Assembly: GCA_964606285.1 (NCBI GenBank)
Contig: CAZSFP010000001.1
Span: 69,376 to 133,375, forward strand
From: an uncultured Candidatus Saccharibacteria bacterium
GTDB taxonomy: Bacteria; Patescibacteriota; Minisyncoccia; Phycocordibacterales; UBA9973
DNA: 64,000 bases
Direction: 5' to 3'
Shown here: positions 19,088-27,660 of the stretch, in pieces
Numbering within the stretch: position 1 is the first letter of the stretch
Layout of the letters: each line of letters begins with the position of its first letter
Made by a program: the position numbers and the translations under genes
The notes under the pieces: generated by a model
The model's input: only the letters and a program-made list of their open reading frames with translations
Told to the model about the DNA's origin: nothing
Database searches by the model: none

Positions 19088-19153
19088 ATGGCAAAAGGAA
19101 ATAATCGTCAACAAAAAAACAAAAAGAAGCCAAAGAAAGAAAAGGCGAAGTAA
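19088..19153 (+). CDS. 21-aa highly basic peptide (MAKGNNRQQKNKKKPKKEKAK) in its own small transcription unit
   Basis: Extended -10 (TGCTACAAT) about 35 nt upstream; strong terminator immediately downstream. It could equally be a non-coding small RNA. Confidence 0.3.
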   Translation: MAKGNNRQQKNKKKPKKEKAK

Positions 19154-19154
19154 T

Positions 19155-19187
19155 AAAAACTCCACAGATAAAGTCTGTGGAGTTTTT
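19155..19187 (+). terminator. rho-independent terminator
   Basis: CTCCACAG-ATAAAGT-CTGTGGAG plus TTTTTG. Confidence 0.75.
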
Positions 19188-19202
19188 GAATGAATGAATT
19201 TT

Positions 19203-19248
19203 ACTCTCCTCCTTTTCGAGGAGGAGTACCCGAAGGGGGAGGTGGTGA
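19203..19248 (+). repeat. solo copy of a GC-rich hairpin repeat (family also at 52762-52799 and 53151-53199)
   Basis: ACTCTCCTCCTTTTCGAGGAGGAGTACCCGAAGGGGGAGGTGGTGA is about 96% identical to the reverse complement of the copy at 53151-53199. Followed by GGTGGTGA...TTACCACC, and a perfect palindrome CTTCCTTGATCAAGGAAG at 19297-19314. Confidence 0.7.
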
Positions 19249-19365
19249 TCTTGTATTCTATAATTACCACCCCGTCTGGCGAGTATGCCAGCCACTCTTC
19301 CTTGATCAAGGAAGGGAATTGGGAAAAATGCAAGATCTGTTTTTGTATGGTACACATATATACAC

Positions 19366-20610
19366 ATGAGAGAACAGTATGAACAATTTGATGTTATTGT
19401 CATCGGTGGCGGCGCATCAGGGATGATGGCCGCGGGTATTGCTGCATCACGAGGAAAGAAAGTCCTTATTCTTGATAAAAATAAACGTCTCGGTCAGAAA
19501 CTCGCGATCACTGGTGGTGGTCGTTGTAATATCACAAATGACGAAGATGATCTTCGATTGTTTCTGAAACACTATGGCAAAGCCGAACAATTTCTTTATT
19601 CGCCGTTTGATCAGTTTAACAAAGACAAAACGTTCTCATTTTTTGAATCTCTCAATATGCCGCTCGTTGTCCAAGCTCGTAAACGTGCATTTCCACAAAC
19701 AGAACGCGCTGAAGACGTTCGAACACTCATGGAGAATTTTATCCGGATGCATGGTGTGACCGTCAGAACGAATACATCGGTAACTCGCATAGAAACTGTA
19801 GACGGGAAAATTTCCGGTGTCATTGCTGGAGGAAAAATGTATACCGCAGAAAGTTATATTCTCGCGACTGGTGGTGTCTCACATCCCGAAACCGGTTCGA
19901 CAGGTGATGGTTTCGGTTGGATGAAAAAACTGGGACATACCGTAGCGGCGCCGACACCGTCCATCGTCCCACTCGCAGTCAAAGATACGTGGATCAAATC
20001 GCTTGCCGGGGTGTCACTGTCATTTATGAAAATTACATTTTATGTAAACGGTGTAAAGCAATTCAATAAAAAAGGTAAAATTCTTTTTACACACTTCGGA
20101 CTGTCTGGTCCACTTATTTTGAACTCTGCAACAAAAGTAGCAGATCTTTTGCATGATGGAGAAGTCACGGCTCAGATCGATGCATATCCCGATACGGATC
20201 TCGGTGTACTCGAAGACAAAATCATAAAAATCTTTGATGCGAACAAAAACAAAATGTTCAAAAATGTGCTTCCAGAATGTGTTCCTGAGGGTATGGCACA
20301 GGCACTTTTGAAATTGCTTCCAATTGACGAACAAACAAAAATTCACAGCATTACAAAACCAATGCGAAAAGAATTGGTCCGTATCCTGAAGGCACTGCCA
20401 GTCACAATCACGGGACTCATGGGATTTGACCGTGCGGTTATCGCCGATGGTGGTGTGGACCTGCGAGAAATAGATACAAAAACGATGCGGTCACTCCGTT
20501 GCCCAAATCTTTTTATTACCGGAGATCTGCTGCATGTGAATCGTCCATCTGGCGGATTTTCTCTCCAACTCTGTTGGACGACGGGATATGTTGCCGGAAT
20601 GAACACGTAA
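19366..20610 (+). CDS. FAD-dependent oxidoreductase, HI0933/BaiN-like family
   Basis: 414 aa; N-terminal Rossmann fold DVIVIGGGASGMMAAGIAA; GGGRCN motif typical of HI0933-like flavoproteins. Confidence 0.7.
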   Translation: MREQYEQFDVIVIGGGASGMMAAGIAASRGKKVLILDKNKRLGQKLAITGGGRCNITNDEDDLRLFLKHYGKAEQFLYSPFDQFNKDKTFSFFESLNMPLVVQARKRAFPQTERAEDVRTLMENFIRMHGVTVRTNTSVTRIETVDGKISGVIAGGKMYTAESYILATGGVSHPETGSTGDGFGWMKKLGHTVAAPTPSIVPLAVKDTWIKSLAGVSLSFMKITFYVNGVKQFNKKGKILFTHFGLSGPLILNSATKVADLLHDGEVTAQIDAYPDTDLGVLEDKIIKIFDANKNKMFKNVLPECVPEGMAQALLKLLPIDEQTKIHSITKPMRKELVRILKALPVTITGLMGFDRAVIADGGVDLREIDTKTMRSLRCPNLFITGDLLHVNRPSGGFSLQLCWTTGYVAGMNT

Positions 20611-20630
20611 TCCTTTCAATTTTGTCAAAA

Positions 20631-22127
20631 ATGCGGTATGCTCGTGTGATGGCAAAGGAAGAAACTATTCTTCGTTTCGAAGAAGTCTCATTTGAATACG
20701 CTCACGACAAACCTATTTTGAACGAGGTTGATTTTTCGTTGCGTCGTGGATCCAAGGTCACGATCATGGGTCAAAACGGAGCAGGGAAGAGTACAATCTT
20801 CCATCTCATTACTGGAACATTGAAACCAGAATCCGGTACGATAAACAGAGTTCAGGGACTCACTATCGCGCTTTCTCGACAAGTCATCCCTCGTGATGAT
20901 TTGAAACTCACTGTTCGAGAATTTTTCCAGAAATCATTTTCAAAACCGGTCTATGATATTGATCCTCGAATCGATGATGTCCTCGAAGTAGTGAATCTCG
21001 TTGGTCATGAAAAACTTCATGATAGAGTTCTCAGTACATTTTCTGGTGGCCAGCAAGCGCGTATTCTCCTCGCATCTGCATTGATCCAAGATCCCGACCT
21101 GCTCCTCCTCGATGAACCAACAAACAACCTCGATACGGCAGGTATTGAACACCTGACAGACTTCCTCATCAATTACAAAAAGACCGTTGTCGTTATTTCG
21201 CACGATGCAGATTTCTTGAATGCATTTAGTGATGGTGTCCTTTATCTCGATATTCATACGCGCAAAGTCGAACAATACGTCGGCAACTATTTGAACGTAT
21301 TGAAAGACATCACTGCCCGCGTTGAAAAAGAAAATATGAAAAACGCGCGTTTGGAAAAAGAAATCCAGGCAAAGAAATACAAAGCAAATCAATTCGCCTA
21401 CAAAGGTGGTCAGATGCGTCTCGTGGCAAAACGCATGCGTGAAAAAGCCGAAGAACTCGAAGAAGAAATCGTCGAAGTTCGGAGAGAGGATAAAACGATT
21501 CGCGCATTTACTATTCCATGTCAGGAAGACCTCTCCGGCAATCTTCTCACGATCGATTCATATACGACCCTTGATGCCAAAACAGGAAAAATCACCAAAC
21601 GAAAAGCACAGGTCAAACTCCGCAAGAATCAGCATCTTCTTTTACGAGGTCCGAATGGTATCGGCAAAAGTACACTCCTCGAACATATTGCGAAAAATAC
21701 CGCAGAAGGTTCTCTGATCGCACCGGGTGTTCGTGTCGGCTATTACCGCCAAGATTTCTCGACGCTCAACTTTGATGACACGGTCTACCAGTCACTTTGT
21801 AGTGCCATGCTTGCTGGCGGGAGAATTGTTGAAGAAGGTTTTATGCGCGGTGTTGCATCGAGTTTTCTCATCACGGGCGAACTTATGAAAACGCGCGTTG
21901 GTAGCCTCTCAGAGGGTCAGAAAGGCCTTGTGGCGTTCGCCAGACTGGTCCTCGAACGTCCAGGTATCCTTATTCTCGATGAACCGACAAACCATATCAA
22001 CTTCCGTCACCTCCCAGTTATCGCTGAAGCTATTTCAAACTATCAAGGCGCATTGATTCTCGTCTCACACGTTCCAGAATTTGTCGAGAAAATTCGGATT
22101 GATGAGATTCTCGATCTCGGGAAATAA
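20631..22127 (+). CDS. ABC-F family ATPase (two tandem ABC domains, no TMD)
   Basis: Two Walker A motifs (GQNGAGKST, GPNGIGKST), two LSGG signatures and two Walker B/D loops. The start may instead be ATG 20649. The track ORF begins at 20499, overlapping the upstream gene. Confidence 0.8.
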   Translation: MRYARVMAKEETILRFEEVSFEYAHDKPILNEVDFSLRRGSKVTIMGQNGAGKSTIFHLITGTLKPESGTINRVQGLTIALSRQVIPRDDLKLTVREFFQKSFSKPVYDIDPRIDDVLEVVNLVGHEKLHDRVLSTFSGGQQARILLASALIQDPDLLLLDEPTNNLDTAGIEHLTDFLINYKKTVVVISHDADFLNAFSDGVLYLDIHTRKVEQYVGNYLNVLKDITARVEKENMKNARLEKEIQAKKYKANQFAYKGGQMRLVAKRMREKAEELEEEIVEVRREDKTIRAFTIPCQEDLSGNLLTIDSYTTLDAKTGKITKRKAQVKLRKNQHLLLRGPNGIGKSTLLEHIAKNTAEGSLIAPGVRVGYYRQDFSTLNFDDTVYQSLCSAMLAGGRIVEEGFMRGVASSFLITGELMKTRVGSLSEGQKGLVAFARLVLERPGILILDEPTNHINFRHLPVIAEAISNYQGALILVSHVPEFVEKIRIDEILDLGK

Positions 22128-22170
22128 AATAAGGTGGTTTTTCTACATAGTAGGTGAAATTCGGGCTTAA

Positions 22171-22202
22171 TTGACAAGTTCACATTAAAGTATTAATGTG
22201 AA
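22171..22202 (+). promoter_or_regulatory. promoter (TTGACA-17-TAATGT) overlapped by a 24-bp perfect palindrome
   Basis: TTCACATTAA-AGTA-TTAATGTGAA (22179-22202) spans the spacer and -10, about 30 nt upstream of the 22233 ATG. Confidence 0.5.
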
Positions 22203-22232
22203 GAAAATTGTTGTTTAACTAAAAAATAAAAA

Positions 22233-22691
22233 ATGAGAAGAAATTATCTTCAGAGACTTTTAAATCCTCCGGGTACACAAGCTTTTAGTGGAATTGATAC
22301 ATTTCGTGGTATACCACAAGAAGCTCTTAGTGAGCTTTTTAAAATTGCGAATTTTGATTACATGGGGTCAACCAATTTCGAGTTAGGTGTTATAGGAAAA
22401 TCACTTCGTAAAATATGTGAAAACAGACCCGCATACAAATTGCACGAAAAAGTAATAAAAGGGAAAAGGTTTTTCATTCTGATTCAGATTGATAGACTAA
22501 ATAAATATTGTGATTTAATTGAAGCATGGTCAGTTGATAATTACCATGATGAATATCATGGACTCAAAGATGTTTTCAATGGAAATATGACCAGAGGTAT
22601 ACAGGGTTGGCTGGACATCAGTGATGATGTTATTTTTTTTACAAACAAAGAAATGGCAAAGAAAATGGACTCATTTTTAATTTTTGAATAA
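22233..22691 (+). CDS. hypothetical protein
   Basis: 152 aa, AT-rich, own promoter and terminator, no recognisable domain. Confidence 0.5.
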   Translation: MRRNYLQRLLNPPGTQAFSGIDTFRGIPQEALSELFKIANFDYMGSTNFELGVIGKSLRKICENRPAYKLHEKVIKGKRFFILIQIDRLNKYCDLIEAWSVDNYHDEYHGLKDVFNGNMTRGIQGWLDISDDVIFFTNKEMAKKMDSFLIFE

Positions 22692-22706
22692 AAGATTTTT
22701 TGATTA

Positions 22707-22739
22707 AAAAGTACTAGTAGTGATACTGGTACTTTTTTT
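22707..22739 (+). terminator. rho-independent terminator
   Basis: AGTAC-TAGTAGTGATACTG-GTACT plus TTTTTTT. Confidence 0.6.
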
Positions 22740-22834
22740 ATTTCCTAATACTTAATCGAGTGCTATCCCACAACAGAGGAATGTTCTAATTGTCCCAAAA
22801 ACGAGATGAGATAAAAAAATGATATACTGTTTCT

Positions 22835-23167
22835 ATGTTATTCAAAATATTTAAAATACGAAAAATGGTGCGAGAGGGAACAGAGAATCCAAGTGGTTTT
22901 GCCGGCGAACAAGCCGGAGAATTGTTGTGGGGATTTTTGGTTATCCCTATTATTATTGCGGCACTCGTTTTGATACTTCTATTCATCTTTTCTTTTACAC
23001 ATGTCTGGGGTGGTCCATTTCTTCTCGCAAAAATATTTTTCTGGATTATTTTGTGTGGAACAGGTCTATTCATCTATATCGCACGCAAAAGTATCGGTGT
23101 CGTTAAAAAAATGACGACGAAAGCAGCTGACGAGACGATCAAAGTCACATCACAGATTGTTGAGTAG
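22835..23167 (+). CDS. hypothetical small membrane protein
   Basis: Two or three TM helices; the start may be the Met at 22865. Confidence 0.45.
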   Translation: MLFKIFKIRKMVREGTENPSGFAGEQAGELLWGFLVIPIIIAALVLILLFIFSFTHVWGGPFLLAKIFFWIILCGTGLFIYIARKSIGVVKKMTTKAADETIKVTSQIVE

Positions 23168-23250
23168 GAATTTCTAAAGATTTGCACTTTTATTGACCAA
23201 ACTACATAGTTCTGGTATATTTTCTCTGAAAACATTTAAAAAAGAGAAGG

Positions 23251-23442
23251 ATGGAGAAGAAAAAAAGAAAAAAGAGACCTCTTTATGGTCCAAGAGAATT
23301 TAGGCCTATCAAGACTGCATTGCTTGCAATGGGTTTCGAAATCGTCACAAAAGCAATTTCAAAACGAGATGCAGAACGTTTTGGCCTCGAGCCACCAGAC
23401 GCAGAACGCATAGAAGAAACTCAAAATCAAATTAGTTTCTAA
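23251..23442 (+). CDS. hypothetical small protein (63 aa)
   Basis: ORF with a basic N-terminus; no similarity recognised. Confidence 0.35.
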   Translation: MEKKKRKKRPLYGPREFRPIKTALLAMGFEIVTKAISKRDAERFGLEPPDAERIEETQNQISF

Positions 23443-23469
23443 AAGTGGTTTGAAGGTGATTATCGTATA

Positions 23470-23886
23470 ATGATTCATACTTCGTATGACCATTTGCGTG
23501 GTAAATTCACAAAAGCGGGCAGAATCTGGATTGTTGTTTCAAAAGCAATTACCGAAAGAAAGTATTCTAGATTTTTTTACCGGACGCGTAAAAAATATTT
23601 TGTACAATCAACGATAGATGAGGCAGATTTCTTGAATCACATTCTAAATAATCGTCCTGTGAGTAATGGGATGCTTATGGAGCTTGTTCAGGATTTTGAT
23701 GGAACAGCAAAATGGGTAGATCCGCGCGACAAAAGAAAAAAACGTAATCTCTATGAAAACGTTCCCAAAAATCTGCAGAAGCACGTAAACAGAATAAACA
23801 GTCGTAGTAAATACTATGAACATGTTGTTCGTAAAAAGAATGGTACAGTAAATCGTGCCCGTGATCTCCGAAAACGATGGAATTAA
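23470..23886 (+). CDS. hypothetical basic protein (138 aa)
   Basis: Lys/Arg-rich; followed by a terminator. Confidence 0.45.
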   Translation: MIHTSYDHLRGKFTKAGRIWIVVSKAITERKYSRFFYRTRKKYFVQSTIDEADFLNHILNNRPVSNGMLMELVQDFDGTAKWVDPRDKRKKRNLYENVPKNLQKHVNRINSRSKYYEHVVRKKNGTVNRARDLRKRWN

Positions 23887-23894
23887 TTTCCCCA

Positions 23895-23924
23895 AAATCC
23901 CCCATATTGCGGGGATTTTTTTAT
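23895..23924 (+). terminator. rho-independent terminator
   Basis: AAAATCCCCCATATTGCGGGGATTTTTTT. Confidence 0.8.
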
Positions 23925-23938
23925 GTTAAAATAAACAC

Positions 23939-24427
23939 ATGAACATACACCCACTTTTCGTGCATTTTCCAATAGCGTTACTGTTTCTCTGGTCATTGTG
24001 TGAACTTATTCCAATATCACGTTGGGTACCACAAATACATTGGCAATCTATAAAACATTTTCTGATTATTGTCGGCACACTTGGTGCATATGTGACATTT
24101 TTGACAGGAGGCATCGCAGAAGAACTCGTCGGTGAATCACGATTGATCGAATTTCACAGTACATTTGCCGGGGCGGTTGTTGTTATTTATAGTGTATTTC
24201 TTTTGGAATTTATCTTGGAAAAAGGAAGACCCATTCTTGAAAAATTCTCTGTTGTGAAATACACTGACATGTTTCTCACTTTGATCCACAACAAGGTCCT
24301 CCGCATAATCCTTGTTCTGGTCGCGTTCATCTGTCTCATGATAACTGGTGCCCTCGGCGGTGCGATAGTGTATGGTTCAAGTGGAGATCCATTTACTGAT
24401 CTTGTTCTCAAATTATTTGGATTGTAA
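23939..24427 (+). CDS. DUF2231-like polytopic membrane protein
   Basis: 162 aa, four TM helices; N-terminus HPLFVHFPIAL is reminiscent of the DUF2231 family (assigned from memory). Confidence 0.45.
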   Translation: MNIHPLFVHFPIALLFLWSLCELIPISRWVPQIHWQSIKHFLIIVGTLGAYVTFLTGGIAEELVGESRLIEFHSTFAGAVVVIYSVFLLEFILEKGRPILEKFSVVKYTDMFLTLIHNKVLRIILVLVAFICLMITGALGGAIVYGSSGDPFTDLVLKLFGL

Positions 24428-24642
24428 AAATAATAAAAAACACTCAACTCGAGACAGGGAAGAGTGTTTTTTTGTTTTTTATAAAAGTTATTAGCCTCAT
24501 AAACTTGCATATTTTAACAAAGTGTGTTATTCTTTCGGCAGGTACATATGTTCTATAGATATCGTTATGAAGTCTATATATCACAAGTATCCGCTACCAT
24601 ATTTCGTAAGGTGGCTTTATACAGACTTTATACATATTTATA

Positions 24643-26007
24643 ATGGCATTCTCATCCCGTTTCTCATCGTCTCGGCCTTCAACTGGCGGACGACCATCTT
24701 CTCGTTCTCAAAGTTCAGAACCACGGTCTTCATCATCTCCTCGAAGAGATGCAAAAGCTCCGTCATCATTTCGTGCGCCATCGTCATATCGCGGTGGTAG
24801 TTCTTCATCATCTCGTTACGGTGGTTATTCATCACGACCAGCTCGCTCAGGCGGATTTGGTGGTGGCAATCGATCACGTGGACGTGGCCGATTTGAACAA
24901 AAGATCGACACATCTCGATTTATCTTTACACCGACAAAAGCACAGGAAGCAAAGGTATATCAAAGCGAACATACGTTTACTGATTTCAAGTTTTCTCCGA
25001 TCCTTACACAGAATCTTGTTGACCGCGGCTATGCGATTCCAACAGAAATCCAAGACAAAACGATCACACACACACTCGCAGGGCGTGATATCGTTGGTCT
25101 TGCAAATACTGGTTCTGGGAAAACAGCAGCATTTCTTCTTCCGTTGATCGAAAAAGTTATCAAGAACGACAAGGAACGAATTCTTATCCTTGCACCAACA
25201 CGCGAACTCGCAATGCAGATCAATACAGAGCTTCGACTGTTTACAAAAGGTCTCCGTATATTCTCTAGTGTCTGTGTTGGTGGCATGCCGATCTATCATC
25301 AGATCCAAACACTTCGTCAGCTCAACCACTTTGTTATCGGTACTCCGGGACGTCTCAAAGACCTCTCAAAGCGCCGATCAATCGATTTTAGTACATTTAC
25401 TAATGTCGTGGTTGATGAATTCGATCACATGCTCGACATGGGATTCATCGATGACATCACACTTATTCTTGGTGGTTTGCCAAAGACGCGCCAATCATTT
25501 TTCTTTTCTGCAACGATGCCACCGCGCATCCAGTCTGCAGTTGAAAAATTCTTGACTGATCCTGTTACGATCAATGTCGGATCAGGTGTTACGACAAAAA
25601 ATGTTACTCAAGACGTCATTCGTGTTCGTCACAAAGATGACAAGATCGAAGAGCTCCACAAGATTCTTGGCCACGAAGATACATCAAAGACGATTATTTT
25701 CGTTGAAACAAAGCGGGAAGTTGAATCGCTCGCGCAAGACCTCAAACGCGCAGGATTCCGTGCAGATTCGATCCATGGCGACAAACGTCAGCGTGAACGA
25801 CAACGCACACTCAATCAATTTCGAGATGATGATATCACCGTCCTCGTGGCAACTGATGTCGCGGCTCGCGGTATCGATGTCAAAGACATCAGTCACGTCA
25901 TCAACTATACGGTCCCACAGACCTATGATGATTATGTGCACCGCATCGGCCGTACCGGTCGCGGAAATAGCACAGGGAAGGCGTTGACGTTTGTTATCGA
26001 ACGATAA
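24643..26007 (+). CDS. DEAD-box ATP-dependent RNA helicase with an N-terminal Ser/Arg/Gly-rich extension
   Basis: Q-motif, Walker A AxTGSGKT, motif II DEFD variant, SAT and HRIGRTGR motifs. The first roughly 85 aa are low-complexity (SSRPSTGGRPSSRSQSS...GGFGGGNRSRGRGR). Confidence 0.85.
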   Translation: MAFSSRFSSSRPSTGGRPSSRSQSSEPRSSSSPRRDAKAPSSFRAPSSYRGGSSSSSRYGGYSSRPARSGGFGGGNRSRGRGRFEQKIDTSRFIFTPTKAQEAKVYQSEHTFTDFKFSPILTQNLVDRGYAIPTEIQDKTITHTLAGRDIVGLANTGSGKTAAFLLPLIEKVIKNDKERILILAPTRELAMQINTELRLFTKGLRIFSSVCVGGMPIYHQIQTLRQLNHFVIGTPGRLKDLSKRRSIDFSTFTNVVVDEFDHMLDMGFIDDITLILGGLPKTRQSFFFSATMPPRIQSAVEKFLTDPVTINVGSGVTTKNVTQDVIRVRHKDDKIEELHKILGHEDTSKTIIFVETKREVESLAQDLKRAGFRADSIHGDKRQRERQRTLNQFRDDDITVLVATDVAARGIDVKDISHVINYTVPQTYDDYVHRIGRTGRGNSTGKALTFVIER

Positions 26008-26075
26008 TTTCTTATTCAAAAAATAGTTTTTTCCAAAAAACAGTATCTATTGACATAGTACTGTTTTTTGGTATA

Positions 26076-26516
26076 ATGTTGAAAATATTTAAAAAAAGAA
26101 TTATGATAGACTTCAAAAAATACTTTGGTCCTGCAATCGGAGAATTTACATTTACAGTTCCTACTGGTGGTAAACCATTTGATAATCCGCTCATTAAACC
26201 CGGCAAGGAATATGTTGGAAGAATTTTTCCGATACTTCCACTGGCAACTGAAACAGATTGTTTAAAATTCGCTAACAGTAAAGAAGAAAAAAGTATACTT
26301 TTGGGTGATGAAATACTTCCAATAATACCAAAAGAACATCATGACCAATTTCCCACAGCATTTACTGCTTATTTTGATTCAAGGGATGAAGGTGTTATGT
26401 CATATATTGTGGCAACAAAGGGTGAATTAATATCTTGTATTCCATGGAAAACCTGGAAATTTGAAACTATAGTGAGACTTTCAGGATATATTCTGTGTTT
26501 TTACGAAAAAGAATAG
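26076..26516 (+). CDS. hypothetical protein
   Basis: 146 aa, no recognisable domain. Confidence 0.45.
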   Translation: MLKIFKKRIMIDFKKYFGPAIGEFTFTVPTGGKPFDNPLIKPGKEYVGRIFPILPLATETDCLKFANSKEEKSILLGDEILPIIPKEHHDQFPTAFTAYFDSRDEGVMSYIVATKGELISCIPWKTWKFETIVRLSGYILCFYEKE

Positions 26517-26532
26517 AAATGCTCAAAAAGCT

Positions 26533-26566
26533 AAAATAACATCCATTTGGATGTTATTTTTATTTT
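26533..26566 (+). terminator. rho-independent terminator
   Basis: AACATCCA-TTTGG-ATGTT plus ATTTTTATTTT. Confidence 0.7.
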
Positions 26567-26675
26567 AGATAAAAAATATTAATTTAATTTTTAAAAAAAT
26601 AAAATATGAATCATCGAAGGTGAGAGGAAATAAAATAATATTAAAAATTATTTTAAATATGATGTGGGGAAGTAT

Positions 26676-26747
26676 ATGAAGAGAAAAATGAAACTATCTG
26701 TACTAAGTCTATTTATAGTTCTTATTCCATATATCCTTTATTCCTAG
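26676..26747 (+). CDS. 23-aa hydrophobic peptide (MKRKMKLSVLSLFIVLIPYILYS)
   Basis: GGGGAAG Shine-Dalgarno 6 nt upstream of the ATG; single TM helix with a cationic N-terminus, resembling type I toxins or small membrane peptides. Confidence 0.3.
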   Translation: MKRKMKLSVLSLFIVLIPYILYS

Positions 26748-26801
26748 TCCAATGTCGCAAAAGATATATTGTACGACATTATATCTCTTTTTCTCCCTCT
26801 A

Positions 26802-27167
26802 CTAACATTGGTTCGAAAGTTCATATCCACGAGATTCGGCTTCCTGCCCTGTGGCAAACCAAACTTGATTTTCGGGCTTGATCCGATCTGCGCTTTTGCA
26901 TCCTTTCGGATAATATTTTGTTCCATTTTTCGAAGCCACAAATAATCCAGTTTCTACGGGATTTGATTGGACTACGACAGTTTGGGTGCTTTTGGACGTA
27001 TTCTGCCCTTCTGGAGGCTTTTCTTGGCTTTCTGAGACGTATGGTACATCCTCTAATTCGTGATTTGAGCTCATCGACCAGCGCCCAAAGAAAAAACTCG
27101 TGACCGTCATGATCATCATAATGCCGATGGGTATAAGTCGGTCTTTGGTACTTTGATCGATGTCCAT
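26802..27167 (-). CDS. membrane-anchored small protein with a conserved Cys/Tyr C-terminal domain
   Basis: N-terminal TM segment; C-terminus KNGTKYYPKGCKSADRIKPENQVWFATGQEAESRGYELSNQC resembles a widespread small extracytoplasmic domain. The overlapping ORF 26821..27237 in another frame is taken as spurious. Confidence 0.5.
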   Translation of the reverse strand: MDIDQSTKDRLIPIGIMMIMTVTSFFFGRWSMSSNHELEDVPYVSESQEKPPEGQNTSKSTQTVVVQSNPVETGLFVASKNGTKYYPKGCKSADRIKPENQVWFATGQEAESRGYELSNQC

Positions 27168-27188
27168 AGAATAAGTATATAAATTTAT

Positions 27189-27214
27189 AGTACTGAGTAC
27201 TAGTACTCAGTACT
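27189..27214. promoter_or_regulatory. 26-bp perfect palindrome in a divergent promoter region
   Basis: AGTACTGAGTACT-AGTACTCAGTACT lies between the start of 26802..27167 (-) and the rpmA promoter TTGCAT-16-TATACT at 27232-27259. Confidence 0.5.
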
Positions 27215-27313
27215 TGATACTGGACAAGCCCTTGCATTTTTTCTGTTTTCCGGTATACTCGTTGAGTACAAATCAGAAAGTCTCCTTATATTGACTTTCT
27301 ACACATTTATTGT

Positions 27314-27586
27314 ATGGCAACAAAACTATCGGGCGGTAAAATTAAAAACTTTGGCGATTCCAATCCTAAGTATTTGGGAACGAAACTCTACGCTGGCGAA
27401 AAAGCAAAAGCGGGTAGTATTCTCGTTCGCCAACGCGGCACAAAGATCCTTCCAGGAACAAATGTCAGCATGGGCAAGGACCATACCCTCTTCTCTCTCG
27501 TTGACGGTATCGTCTCGTTTGGATCAAAACGAAAAACACATTTTGACGGAAAGACAATGGTCAAAAAAGTAGTTCACGTTAAATAA
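27314..27586 (+). CDS. rpmA: 50S ribosomal protein L27
   Basis: 90 aa; the G.GSTKNGRDS region is diverged ([16 protein letters not shown]), but [21 protein letters not shown] is the L27 core. Confidence 0.85.
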   Translation: MATKLSGGKIKNFGDSNPKYLGTKLYAGEKAKAGSILVRQRGTKILPGTNVSMGKDHTLFSLVDGIVSFGSKRKTHFDGKTMVKKVVHVK

Positions 27587-27596
27587 ATCTATAAAG

Positions 27597-27630
27597 AAAA
27601 AACCTTCATCATTTGATGAAGGTTTTTTCT
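27597..27630. terminator. bidirectional terminator (rpmA + / rplI -)
   Basis: AAAAAACCTTCATCATTTGATGAAGGTTTTTTC. Confidence 0.8.
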
Positions 27631-27660
27631 TATTTCTTTTTCTATATTGAGGGGGTATAA

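Noticed and set aside
26821-27237. 138-aa minus ORF overlapping 26802..27167 in another frame
   Set aside because: It overlaps the better-supported membrane protein with a conserved C-terminal domain. It also runs through the palindrome/promoter region; a frame artefact.
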